Origin: an uncultured Candidatus Bathyarchaeia archaeon
GTDB taxonomy: Archaea > Thermoproteota > Bathyarchaeia > TCS64
Length of the DNA: 36,242 nucleotides
Assembly: GCA_964634705.1 (NCBI GenBank)
Contig: CAZWKG010000001.1
Location: forward strand, 1-36,242
Direction of reading: 5' to 3'
The position numbers were made by a program, and so were the translations under genes. Of this stretch, positions 25,487 to 34,288 are shown piece by piece. Within the stretch, counting starts at the first letter, position 1. Each line of letters opens with the position of its first letter. The notes beneath the pieces were generated by a model. The model worked only from the letters and a program-made list of their open reading frames with translations, made no database searches and was not told the origin of the DNA.

Positions 25487-26857
25487 ATGAAGGCATCCAC
25501 AGACAGCATCGACCATTCGATGTCGCATCTCTTCTCTAGGGCAGTGGGGAGGCTGATGACCCTGGTGAAGGGCGAGGGCGTCTACGTGTGGGATGCTGAG
25601 GGGAACCGCTACATCGACGGGAGTTCAGGCCCCGTCTGCGTCAACATCGGCTACGGCGTGGAGGAGGTGGCTGACGCCGTCGCTAGGCAGATGAAGGAGA
25701 TCGCGTATGCCCACAGCTCCCGCTTCACCGCAGAGTCGGTCTTGGATTGCGCAGAGAAGCTGGCCCGCTTCACCCCTCCCAGCCTCAACCGGGTCTTCTT
25801 CTGTTCAGGTGGCTCCGAGGCGACGGAGGCCGCGGCCAAGATGGCCCGCCAGTACCACCTAGAGCAGGGCGACGCCTCCCGGTACAAGGTTGTGGCCCGG
25901 TGGCAGAGCTACCACGGCAACACGCTGGGGGCATTGTCGATGTCAGGGAACATTGCGAGGCGCCGCAGGTACGAGCCCATGCTCATCGACTTCCCCCACA
26001 TCCCTCCGGCTTACTGTTACCGCTGCTGGTTTGGGAAGACCCGTGACAGCTGTGACCTCGACTGCGCGTGGGCCCTGGATAGGGAGATCAGGGTTGTCGG
26101 TTCCGAGTACGCCTCCGCTTTCATCGCCGAGCCCGTCGTCGGCGCTACTCTCGGGACCGTCCCCGCCCCCGACGGCTACTTCCAGGTGATTCGGGAGATC
26201 TGCGACGAGCACGGCGTCCTGTTCATCGCCGACGAGGTGATGACCGGCTTCGGCAGGACGGGCAGAAACTTCGGCATCGAGCACTGGGGCGTCGAGCCGG
26301 ACATCATTGCGACTGCGAAGGGCCTCTCCAGCGGCTACCTCCCCCTGGGCGCAGTCGTCGCCTCCGACAAGGTCTACGAAGCCTTTGGGGACCCCTTCGC
26401 CCACGGCCACACCTATGGAGGCCACCCCGTCGCTTGCGCCATCGGCGCCGCCGTCATAGACTACATCGAGAAGCACAAGCTGGTCCAGAGGTCCGCGGAG
26501 CTGGGATCGTACCTCCTCAAGCGGCTTGAGGCGCTCCACGACCATTCCTCGGTGGGCGATGTCAGGGGTCTTGGCCTCTTCGCGGGCGTCGAGTTCGTCA
26601 GGGACAAGGAGTCGAAGGAGCCGTTCCCGCCCAAAGCCAAGTTCAGCCACAGGGTGCTGGAGCGTTGTATGGGAAACGGCCTCCTCGTCTACCCCATGAT
26701 GGGGACGGTCGACGGTGTGAGGGGCGACCACATACAGGTCGCGCCGCCCCTCGTGGTGACCCGCCCCCAGATAGATGAGATCGTGGGGCTCCTGGAGAGG
26801 TCGATAGCCGAGGCGGAGGGGGAGGTCCTCAGAATCTTCGGAGGCGCATCCATGTGA
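25487..26857 (+). CDS. class-III (omega-type) PLP-dependent aminotransferase
   Basis: 456 aa. It has GEGVYVWDAEGNRYIDGSSGPVCVNIGYG, FIADEVMTGFGRTG and the PLP-lysine block DIIATAKGLSSGYLPLGAV. It lacks the SSWW motif that I associate with BioA. Confidence 0.88.
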   Translation: MKASTDSIDHSMSHLFSRAVGRLMTLVKGEGVYVWDAEGNRYIDGSSGPVCVNIGYGVEEVADAVARQMKEIAYAHSSRFTAESVLDCAEKLARFTPPSLNRVFFCSGGSEATEAAAKMARQYHLEQGDASRYKVVARWQSYHGNTLGALSMSGNIARRRRYEPMLIDFPHIPPAYCYRCWFGKTRDSCDLDCAWALDREIRVVGSEYASAFIAEPVVGATLGTVPAPDGYFQVIREICDEHGVLFIADEVMTGFGRTGRNFGIEHWGVEPDIIATAKGLSSGYLPLGAVVASDKVYEAFGDPFAHGHTYGGHPVACAIGAAVIDYIEKHKLVQRSAELGSYLLKRLEALHDHSSVGDVRGLGLFAGVEFVRDKESKEPFPPKAKFSHRVLERCMGNGLLVYPMMGTVDGVRGDHIQVAPPLVVTRPQIDEIVGLLERSIAEAEGEVLRIFGGASM

Positions 26858-26866
26858 GGTGAAGCC

Positions 26867-27229
26867 ATGGTCAACATCTCCTATCTACCGGCTAAGGAGC
26901 TCATAATCCTGGAGATGGTGGAGTACGAGCTCAGGGAGCTAGCCGAGACCTGTGCACTGCTCATCGAGGCTGGGCGGCCGGTGATCCTGAACTGGGCGGA
27001 GGGCGTCGTCTTCCACCACACGCCGCTGCCCTTCAACACCAAGGAGCTAATGAAGGAGCGGATGAAGGGGCGCATCTACTGGGCGAGTGTCATCTACGCC
27101 GAGATGCCCGAACACACGCCGGTTATCAAGGTCGGCACAAGAGACATCCCAGTACTGGCCACCCCCAATCCCGTTCTGAAGCAGGTGGCCCGATGGATGA
27201 AGGAGCGGCTTGGACGCGAACGACCTTAA
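26867..27229 (+). CDS. hypothetical protein (120 aa), translationally coupled to the aminotransferase
   Basis: The ATG is 9 nt after the upstream stop, and a GAGGTGA element lies 5 nt upstream. I recognise no motif, and there is no TM segment. Confidence 0.55.
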   Translation: MVNISYLPAKELIILEMVEYELRELAETCALLIEAGRPVILNWAEGVVFHHTPLPFNTKELMKERMKGRIYWASVIYAEMPEHTPVIKVGTRDIPVLATPNPVLKQVARWMKERLGRERP

Positions 27230-27416
27230 GCCAGCCTGGTCAAATCACATCCTCTCAACGGGCTATCTTAACGCAGTTCACGACGAGAATGCGCATCAGC
27301 TTCTCCGGTTCATCCCATAAGCTTAAGGATGGTGCTGGTAGTCGTCGTAGCCGTCCAATGCCCATATTTTTAAAAGCGAAGAGGGATTCCAGTATAGGAT
27401 TCGGAAGGGACGCTGG

Positions 27417-28118
27417 ATGAGGGACAAGGCGATCTCAAAAATCTTCGAGGAGGCCAGTTCTGAGGGCCGGAACTTCCTCTTCGAGCACGAGGCGAAAAGT
27501 CTTTGCTCCCTCTACGGCCTCCCAATCACGAGGTTCGTGGTCTCTAAGACGGAGGAGGAGGCTGTGGACGCGGCCAGGGAGATCGGGTTCCCTGTCGTCC
27601 TGAAGATCGTGTCCCCCCAGGTCCTCCACAAGTCGGATGCGGGTGGGGTCCTAATCGACATCGGGGACGAGGACCGGGTGCGGGCGGGTTACAACAGGAT
27701 CCTAGAGAACGTGAGGGCGAAGGTGCCCGACGCCGAGATCACGGGCATCCTCGTACAGGAGATGGCCCCCAGCTCCACCGAGGTCATCGTCGGCTCCACC
27801 AAGGATCCGACCTTCGGCCCCACCATAATGTTCGGCCTAGGCGGCATCTTCGTCGAGATCCTGAGGGATGTCGCCTTCAGGCTTGCGCCTATCACCCAGG
27901 CAGATGCCGAGGAGATGATCAGGGAGATCAGGTCCTACAAGATTCTGGAGGGCGCCCGGGGGATGCCGAGGGCCGACCAGGAGGCGATAGCGGAGATCCT
28001 CCTGAACACGTCGAGGATGCTGGTGGAGTGCCCTGAGATCAAGGAGCTAGACATGAACCCTGTGCTCGTCTACGAGAAGGGCGCCAAGATCGTCGACGCA
28101 CGTATCATCCTAGATTAA
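27417..28118 (+). CDS. acdB: ADP-forming acetyl-CoA synthetase, beta subunit (ATP-grasp domain)
   Basis: 233 aa. It has FEHEAKSLCSLYGLPITRF...GFPVVLKIVSPQVLHKSDAGGVLIDI and ELDMNPVLV. An atatttttaaaag box lies about 45 nt upstream. No alpha subunit is in the window. Confidence 0.85.
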   Translation: MRDKAISKIFEEASSEGRNFLFEHEAKSLCSLYGLPITRFVVSKTEEEAVDAAREIGFPVVLKIVSPQVLHKSDAGGVLIDIGDEDRVRAGYNRILENVRAKVPDAEITGILVQEMAPSSTEVIVGSTKDPTFGPTIMFGLGGIFVEILRDVAFRLAPITQADAEEMIREIRSYKILEGARGMPRADQEAIAEILLNTSRMLVECPEIKELDMNPVLVYEKGAKIVDARIILD

Positions 28119-28126
28119 GCGGGTGC

Positions 28127-30424
28127 TCACTCGCCCGCCAACCACTTTTTGAAGCCCCTGACTTCCATGAAAGCTAAGAGCGCCACCCACCCCAGCGTAG
28201 AAGCCATGACGATGGTGGAGCCGTTTCCGTTGGTTAAGAGGTTAAGGACTTCAGCGGACGCCGTCCACAACCCTTTGACGGACTCGGTGACGAAGGCGGG
28301 GGCTGAGGGGTGGGAGACTCGGGCCTCGGCGGGGGAGGAGGTCTCGTCGAAGGCTTCGTCCTCGTAGAGGTAGTGCACCGTCGCGGGGCGGAGGGTATAG
28401 ACGCCGCCTGAGCCCAGCCTTACGGTATAGGTCAGGGTCCTCGACTCCCCCGGCTCCAGAACCCACCACGTCTCCTTCGTGGACCCGGAGACGATTTCGG
28501 CGCTCATCTGGTAGCCGAGGACGGTTTCGCCGTCGTCGACCGCCACCTCCTCCATCGGATAGTTGTCGTTGTTCTTTACGGTGACGGTGACCTGAACCTC
28601 GCCGTTGGTCGACGCCGTCGGAGGCGTCACCTCCTTGGAGACCTGGACGTCCAGAGGCAGCAGAGCGGAGAAGGTGACCCCAAAGTAGGAGCGGTCGAGG
28701 AGCGAGCCCGGGGACGCCACCGTCAGCGCTACCCTCTGAGCCAGTTCTTGGAATATCTCCTCGAACCCGGGGTCCGTGAGGTGCGCCGTGGTGACTAGCT
28801 TGACCACCTGCCCTTCCTCAAGGGTCTGGTTCGGCGCGACGATCAGCAGGTTGGAGAGGTTGGCGTCGGACGAGAAGCTGACTGGAGGCTCCACCCCGAG
28901 GAGGCGGAGCAGGTCGAAGCTGTGGGCGTTGGGCGGGGATTCGACGCCCCTCTCCCAATATAAGAGGCAGCCTGAGAAGCCCAAAGGGGCGTCGAACGAC
29001 GGCAGAATGAGGCTGCTGACGTTGAGTCTGTCCAGCTCCTCCAGAGGCATGTATCTGCCCAAGGCAGCCAGGTTGATGAAACCCGCGAACATTATCGCCC
29101 CGTCCGCGGACTCAGAGTTCTCCCCGGGGATCAGCCTACCGTTTCTGTAAGCCTCCTCCACCACCTCGGCTAGTCCGCCCCGCTCGACCCCGAACAGGTT
29201 GAGGTAGGCTTCCGCCAAATCCCTGAGTTCATCCGGCGATTGATATACGACGACGGAGATCTGGGGAGTCTCATCATCGTCTTCCTCGGCCAGGGGCGGG
29301 CTGAGGGCTATAAGCTGGCTGAGCCTTATCCCGAAGGCGTCGGAGAAGGCCGGCGAGATGCATCCAGCGCGCTCAGCTGCCACCTCAGACGGGACGTCGA
29401 CGTAGACCATGATGAGGGCGGTGGGCGGAACGAGGTTGAATAGGGAGCTTACGTCGAATCCCTCCGTCATGTTATATATGTCGGGGATGGCGTCAAGTAT
29501 GGAATCCTGCGTAAGGATCACGGTGGCCAGCAGCCCTTCAACACCGGTGCTCTCCATATTGAAGCCGCCAACGGACATCTCACTGTCGAGGAAGAGGGCT
29601 GCGACATAGGCGCTGCCCCGATCGTCGACGAAGCCGAGGAGGTTCTCGGAGAAGTAGCCTCCGTCCGAGGCTCCGATGCCGAGGGGAACAGTGAAGACGC
29701 ATACGGATAGCAGGACGAGGATGATGGGGAGGACTCTTGTGGGGGCGACCGTCGTGAGGGTGTTCGAACTAGGTTTGGACTTACCCCCAAGCTTGATCCT
29801 CAACGACTCAGACCAAGGCGTGAAGCGCCTCTCCACCCTCTTCCCCACCTCGGCGCCAACAAGAGCGGCTAAACATACGATGACGATCTTCTCGGCGAAG
29901 TCGATGAGGAGGGGGGTGATCACCTCCCTAACGAGGCCTTGGAACGCATCGGGGCCGCCTGACTCCATAAGGCCTGGCAGCGATTCGATGAGCCTTCCAA
30001 TGATGGGGGCTTCCGCGAGCTTGGCCAGCGACAGACCTCGGGGCAAGGGTGGCAACAAGCTGAAGGGGTTCTGTGAGCCCACTATCGGCCCCAGCTCCGA
30101 CACCTTCTGGATGATGCCGTAGATGGAGGCGGCGAGGATCGACAGGAAGAAGAGGAAAACAGAGACCATGGTGCCTGCAGCGCCAACCCTGCGCCGGATA
30201 ATTAGGCCGCCAAGGAAGGCGACGCTGCCCCACAGGGCTGAGAGCATGATGAACCTGAGAGGGTTGCCGAAGAGGAGGAAGGCGGACATGAGCGCCGCAA
30301 GCAGAGGCGAGCCGAAGAGGGGGCCGAGCCAGTCGGCGATCAGCAGAAATGCCGGGTCTAGGAACACGTAGCCTAGTGTAAACGCAAGAAATATGCCCAG
30401 GAAATACGCTACAGTTTTCCTCAA
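28127..30424 (-). CDS. large orphan membrane protein: about 6 N-terminal TM helices, a ~480-aa extracytoplasmic region with a CARDB/DUF11-like Ig domain, and a C-terminal TM anchor
   Basis: 765 aa. Hydrophobic helices occupy aa ~5-125 and 175-255. An Ig-like block reads GEVQVTVTVKNNDNYPMEEVAVDD...LEPGESRTLTYTVRLGSGGVYTL. The C-terminus is IVMASTLGWVALLAFMEV followed by the basic RGFKK. I recognise no catalytic motif. Confidence 0.7.
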   Translation of the reverse strand: MRKTVAYFLGIFLAFTLGYVFLDPAFLLIADWLGPLFGSPLLAALMSAFLLFGNPLRFIMLSALWGSVAFLGGLIIRRRVGAAGTMVSVFLFFLSILAASIYGIIQKVSELGPIVGSQNPFSLLPPLPRGLSLAKLAEAPIIGRLIESLPGLMESGGPDAFQGLVREVITPLLIDFAEKIVIVCLAALVGAEVGKRVERRFTPWSESLRIKLGGKSKPSSNTLTTVAPTRVLPIILVLLSVCVFTVPLGIGASDGGYFSENLLGFVDDRGSAYVAALFLDSEMSVGGFNMESTGVEGLLATVILTQDSILDAIPDIYNMTEGFDVSSLFNLVPPTALIMVYVDVPSEVAAERAGCISPAFSDAFGIRLSQLIALSPPLAEEDDDETPQISVVVYQSPDELRDLAEAYLNLFGVERGGLAEVVEEAYRNGRLIPGENSESADGAIMFAGFINLAALGRYMPLEELDRLNVSSLILPSFDAPLGFSGCLLYWERGVESPPNAHSFDLLRLLGVEPPVSFSSDANLSNLLIVAPNQTLEEGQVVKLVTTAHLTDPGFEEIFQELAQRVALTVASPGSLLDRSYFGVTFSALLPLDVQVSKEVTPPTASTNGEVQVTVTVKNNDNYPMEEVAVDDGETVLGYQMSAEIVSGSTKETWWVLEPGESRTLTYTVRLGSGGVYTLRPATVHYLYEDEAFDETSSPAEARVSHPSAPAFVTESVKGLWTASAEVLNLLTNGNGSTIVMASTLGWVALLAFMEVRGFKKWLAGE

Positions 30425-30534
30425 CCTTTTACACCGACACCGTTTAGGGGCTTCATAAACTGATAAAAATTATCTATTAAGAGTCCATACGTTCGTCAAT
30501 GCTTTAAGTCGAAGAACCCCTATATGGATCTCCG

Positions 30535-31494
30535 GTGAATCGTTTGCTGAGTATAAACAAACTGGCCTATAAGCTGGTTGAGGAGCTGCTGGCTGAACCC
30601 GAATACTACGGCGTCACGGTGGAGAGGCTCCCTTCGGGGGCGACGGTCATCGACACAGGCCTCAAAGCGCCCGGCGGATATGAGGCGGGCCTTATGACGA
30701 CGAGGATCGCCATGGGCGGCGCCGGAACCGCATCCCTCGGCTATGCAGACTTCCGAGGCCTAAAGCTGCCGACGGTCGTCGTCTCAACTGACCACCCGGC
30801 CATCGCCCTCTTCGGCGCCCAGCTCGCAGGGTGGCGGATAAAGACGGATGGGTACACCGCCGACGGCTCCGGACCGGCGAGGGCGCTGGCTTTGAAGCCG
30901 AAGAAGGTTTTCAGGAAGATCGAGTATCAGGATGAGGCGGATGTGGCCGTTCTCCTGCTCGAGACAGACAGGAAGCCGCCGGATGAGGCCGCCCTCTTCG
31001 TCGCCGAGGCGTGTGGGGTGACACCTGAGAACGTGTATCTGCTGCTGACCTCGACAACCTCCATGGCCGGTATGGTGCAGATCTCCGGAAGGGTCGTTGA
31101 GACCGGGCTTTTCAGGCTCGATGTACTCGGGCTGGACCTAAAGAAGGTGCTTTACGGCGTCGGACACGCGCCGATCATGCCCGTGCACAGCGATTGGGGG
31201 AAGGCCATGGGCCGGGCGGAGGACGCCCTCACCTACGGCGGCGTAACCAGCTACGTTGTCGACGAGGAGGACGAGACCCTCGAGGAACTCTCGAAAAAGG
31301 CCCCGTCTTCTAACTGTAAGGATTATGGGAAGACATCGTACGAGATCTACAAGGCCGTCGACTTCGACTTCACGCAGATCGACCCAGCGCTCTTCGCCCC
31401 CGCTGTTGTGACGCTGACCAGCGCACGGACAGGCTCCACCTTCACCGGTGGCGAGATAAACACAGAGGTTCTCAAGAGCTCCATCCGAGACTGA
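30535..31494 (+). CDS. mch: methenyltetrahydromethanopterin cyclohydrolase
   Basis: 319 aa with a GTG start. It has LSINKLAYKLVEELLAEPEYYGV...GATVIDTG...GGYEAGL and an overall Mch-like sequence. Confidence 0.9.
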   Translation: MNRLLSINKLAYKLVEELLAEPEYYGVTVERLPSGATVIDTGLKAPGGYEAGLMTTRIAMGGAGTASLGYADFRGLKLPTVVVSTDHPAIALFGAQLAGWRIKTDGYTADGSGPARALALKPKKVFRKIEYQDEADVAVLLLETDRKPPDEAALFVAEACGVTPENVYLLLTSTTSMAGMVQISGRVVETGLFRLDVLGLDLKKVLYGVGHAPIMPVHSDWGKAMGRAEDALTYGGVTSYVVDEEDETLEELSKKAPSSNCKDYGKTSYEIYKAVDFDFTQIDPALFAPAVVTLTSARTGSTFTGGEINTEVLKSSIRD

Positions 31495-31563
31495 GAAACT
31501 CTTATCCTTCCTCTTCAGCCCGTAGTTGCCACACCCAGCTTTCGGAAGATCTCTCTATTCGCC

Positions 31564-32478
31564 TTAAGGTTCTTTAGGAATTAGATACTCTTTTGTCATA
31601 TCGAGCCATAACACTAGACCTTTCCAGCTCCCAAAGGGGGCGTAAAATTCCTCGATTTCCTCGTCTGAAGCTGCTTCACCTTCCTTATGGATCTGGGCGA
31701 ACCTCTTCCTAAGCCAGCTATCCAGGGCGAGAAAATCGTATCTCCCCAGCAGCTTCAAGATGTGGTCTGCCGCATAATCGCCCACGCCCTTTATCTTCAT
31801 AACCTCCCGTTTAAGGCTTGCAGAATCCAGAGAACTGTTCTTCCAAGCCTCAACGTCGAGTTCTCCTTCAACTATCTTTCGAGCCAGTTCTATGAGGTAG
31901 GGGCTACGGTAGCCCGCCTTTATCTCCCTTCTAATGAACTCCTCGGTTTTCGAGGCCATCTGCTGAGGGTTTGGAAACGTGTACAGTTCTCCGGAGAAAT
32001 TTTCACCTATTCTCCTACAGAGCCTGCTTGAGATAGCCTTGGTGAGGGCCCAGCTGCAGTTTGTAGAGCAGATGGTTTTCACCACGTCTTCGAAGACTGT
32101 GGGGCTTCGAATAGAACGCCCAGCGCCTATCTCACTCACCCACCTAAACTCAGGATACTCTTCAAGCAGCGTATAGAGAGCCGAAAGGTCCTCATCCAAC
32201 CTTAAACAGGTCTCTACGATGCTTTCAAGTTCTTCAACATCGGTGCTATCCAGCTCCTCGCGAGATTCAACAACGATGGTGAGTGCAACCCTCTCCTTCT
32301 GCATTATTTTAGCATGAACGATTTTTCCGATTGTTAGCCTCTGAACGCGAGATAAGGTCTGCTTTTCCTCTTCAAACGAGAAAGGCGCCAGTCCACACCA
32401 ACCGCTGCTCCAAACGGTAAGCCAAAAGTTGAAATCCTTCGGAACAATGTAGGGTATGCTCTGCTTCAGAGGCTTCAA
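31564..32478 (-). CDS. HhH-GPD superfamily DNA glycosylase (AlkA / 3-methyladenine or 8-oxoG glycosylase-like)
   Basis: 304 aa. It has FPNPQQMA, the helix-hairpin-helix IKGVGDYAADHILKLLG, and a following Asp (LALDSW). GC is lower than the neighbours (29-31 G+C per 60 nt in two counted lines). Confidence 0.75.
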   Translation of the reverse strand: MKPLKQSIPYIVPKDFNFWLTVWSSGWCGLAPFSFEEEKQTLSRVQRLTIGKIVHAKIMQKERVALTIVVESREELDSTDVEELESIVETCLRLDEDLSALYTLLEEYPEFRWVSEIGAGRSIRSPTVFEDVVKTICSTNCSWALTKAISSRLCRRIGENFSGELYTFPNPQQMASKTEEFIRREIKAGYRSPYLIELARKIVEGELDVEAWKNSSLDSASLKREVMKIKGVGDYAADHILKLLGRYDFLALDSWLRKRFAQIHKEGEAASDEEIEEFYAPFGSWKGLVLWLDMTKEYLIPKEP

Positions 32479-32599
32479 ATCCTTTCGATGTGAAGGTTGT
32501 AAAGTTTGTAATAATAACTCTTCCTCATCTTAGGAGAACTGCTCATAAGCCTTAAGTCAGGTATCTCAATAGAATAGTGAGATCCGAGGGTTAAGTTCT

Positions 32600-32995
32600 A
32601 TGAAGAAAGTAGAAGTCCTTCTCATAAGTGGCCGCACCACGGATCAGGGAAGGGGCCTCGAGGTGGGAAAAACCTCGGAGCAATACTTCAACAGCGTCGC
32701 GGTCATCGAATTGAGCGCCGCCGACTCGGACGCGCTGGGGTTGGGGGACCGCGACCTCGTGGAGGTCGCGACGCCTCACGGCTCAGTGGTTGTCAGGAGC
32801 CGGAGGTCCGAAGGCCTCGACGCGGGTGTGGCCTTCTTCCCCTACGGGCCCTGGGCCAACCAAGTTTTCGGCTCTCACACCGGTGGCACGGGCATGCCGT
32901 CGTTCAAGGGTGTCAGGGCGACCGTCGGAACAGCTGAGGGGAGGGAGGTCCCGACCTTGATGGAGCTCGTTGAGGCGCTGAGGGGCGAGGGCTGA
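32600..32995 (+). CDS. fwdD: formylmethanofuran dehydrogenase subunit D (molybdopterin-dinucleotide-binding beta-barrel)
   Basis: 131 aa. It begins KVEVLLISGRTTDQGRG and reads as FwdD/FmdD-like. Its stop overlaps the fwdB start (TGATG). Confidence 0.85.
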   Translation: MKKVEVLLISGRTTDQGRGLEVGKTSEQYFNSVAVIELSAADSDALGLGDRDLVEVATPHGSVVVRSRRSEGLDAGVAFFPYGPWANQVFGSHTGGTGMPSFKGVRATVGTAEGREVPTLMELVEALRGEG

Positions 32996-34287
32996 TGGCT
33001 GTCTACAGAGATGTCGTCTGCCCCTTCTGTGGGTGCCTCTGCGACGACCTCGAGATCACCGTCGAAGGGAACAGGGTTGTCAAGACCAGGAACTCGTGCG
33101 CCATCTCCATGTCGAAGTACATGAACCATGAGGAGAACAGGATAGCGGCACCGACGGTTGAAGGGAAACCCGTCACCTTAGGCGAGGCGGTGGAGGCGGC
33201 GGCTGAGATCCTAGCTTCGGCTCGGAGGCCCCTCATCTATGGGTTGAGCTCGACCGAGTGCGGCGCCATCGCGAAGGCGGTGGAGCTGGCCGAGCTCGTC
33301 GGAGGCATCGTCGACAACACCTCCTCTGTCTGCCACGGGCCAACCATCCTAGCCCTCCAGGCGGTGGGGGAGTCGAAGTGCACCCTCGGCGAGGTGAAGA
33401 ACCGGGCGGACCTCGTCGTCTTCTGGGGGTCCAACCCGACTGAGGCTCACCTCCGCCATCTTCTCCGCTACTCCGGGATGCCAAGGGGGCTATACACGCA
33501 GAAAGGACGGAAAGGTCGATACCTCGTGGCTGTCGACGTCCGGGAGACCAGGATGAAGCGGGTGGTCGACCTCTTCCTCAAGATCAACCCTAACGGCGAC
33601 TTCGAGCTCCTCTCCACCCTCAGGGCCGCCGTCAGAGGCTGCAAAATCCAGGCGGACACCGTCGCCGGCATCCCACGGCAGCAGATCATCGAGCTTGCCG
33701 AGAGGATGAAGGGGGCTAAGATGGGTGTCATCTTCTTCGGTCTCGGCCTCACCCAGAGCGATGGGAGGCATATGAACATCGACGCCGCCGTGGGCCTTGT
33801 CGCCGACCTCAACCACCACACCAAGTTCGTGTTGATCCCGATGCGGGGGCACTACAACGTCGCGGGCGCCAACACGGTGACCACCTGGCAGACGGGCTAC
33901 CCCTACGCCGTCGACTTCAGCAGGGGCTACCCCCGGTACAACCCTGGCGAGTACACCTCTGTAGACCTTTTAGCCTGCGGGGAGGCGGACGCCGCCGTCG
34001 TGGTAGCCTCCGACCCTGCCGCCCACTTCCCCGCCGACGCGGCTAAGCATCTGACAAAGATTCCAGTCGTCACCCTCGACCAGAAGGTGAATATGACGAC
34101 CATGCTTAGTACGGTGGTGTTCCCCGTCGCAACGGCTGGCGTCGAGGCGGAGGGGACGGCCTACCGGATGGACGGCGTCCCCATCAGGCTGAGAAAGGTC
34201 GTCGAGCCCCACGAGGGCGTCCTGCCTGACGCCGAGGTTCTCCAGATGATAATAGACAAAGTCAGGAGCATTAAGGAGGAGATGTGA
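32995..34287 (+). CDS. fwdB: formylmethanofuran dehydrogenase subunit B (Cys-type, not Sec)
   Basis: 430 aa. It has an N-terminal CPFCGCLCDD cluster motif. The active-site block NTSSVCHGPT has TGC at 33331-33333 (Cys113). Confidence 0.9.
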   Translation: MAVYRDVVCPFCGCLCDDLEITVEGNRVVKTRNSCAISMSKYMNHEENRIAAPTVEGKPVTLGEAVEAAAEILASARRPLIYGLSSTECGAIAKAVELAELVGGIVDNTSSVCHGPTILALQAVGESKCTLGEVKNRADLVVFWGSNPTEAHLRHLLRYSGMPRGLYTQKGRKGRYLVAVDVRETRMKRVVDLFLKINPNGDFELLSTLRAAVRGCKIQADTVAGIPRQQIIELAERMKGAKMGVIFFGLGLTQSDGRHMNIDAAVGLVADLNHHTKFVLIPMRGHYNVAGANTVTTWQTGYPYAVDFSRGYPRYNPGEYTSVDLLACGEADAAVVVASDPAAHFPADAAKHLTKIPVVTLDQKVNMTTMLSTVVFPVATAGVEAEGTAYRMDGVPIRLRKVVEPHEGVLPDAEVLQMIIDKVRSIKEEM

Positions 34288-34288
34288 G

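Noticed and set aside
33331-33333. I checked FwdB for an in-frame TGA (selenocysteine) at the active site.
   Set aside because: The codon is TGC (Cys113 in NTSSVCHGPT). No in-frame TGA or SECIS-like requirement is present.
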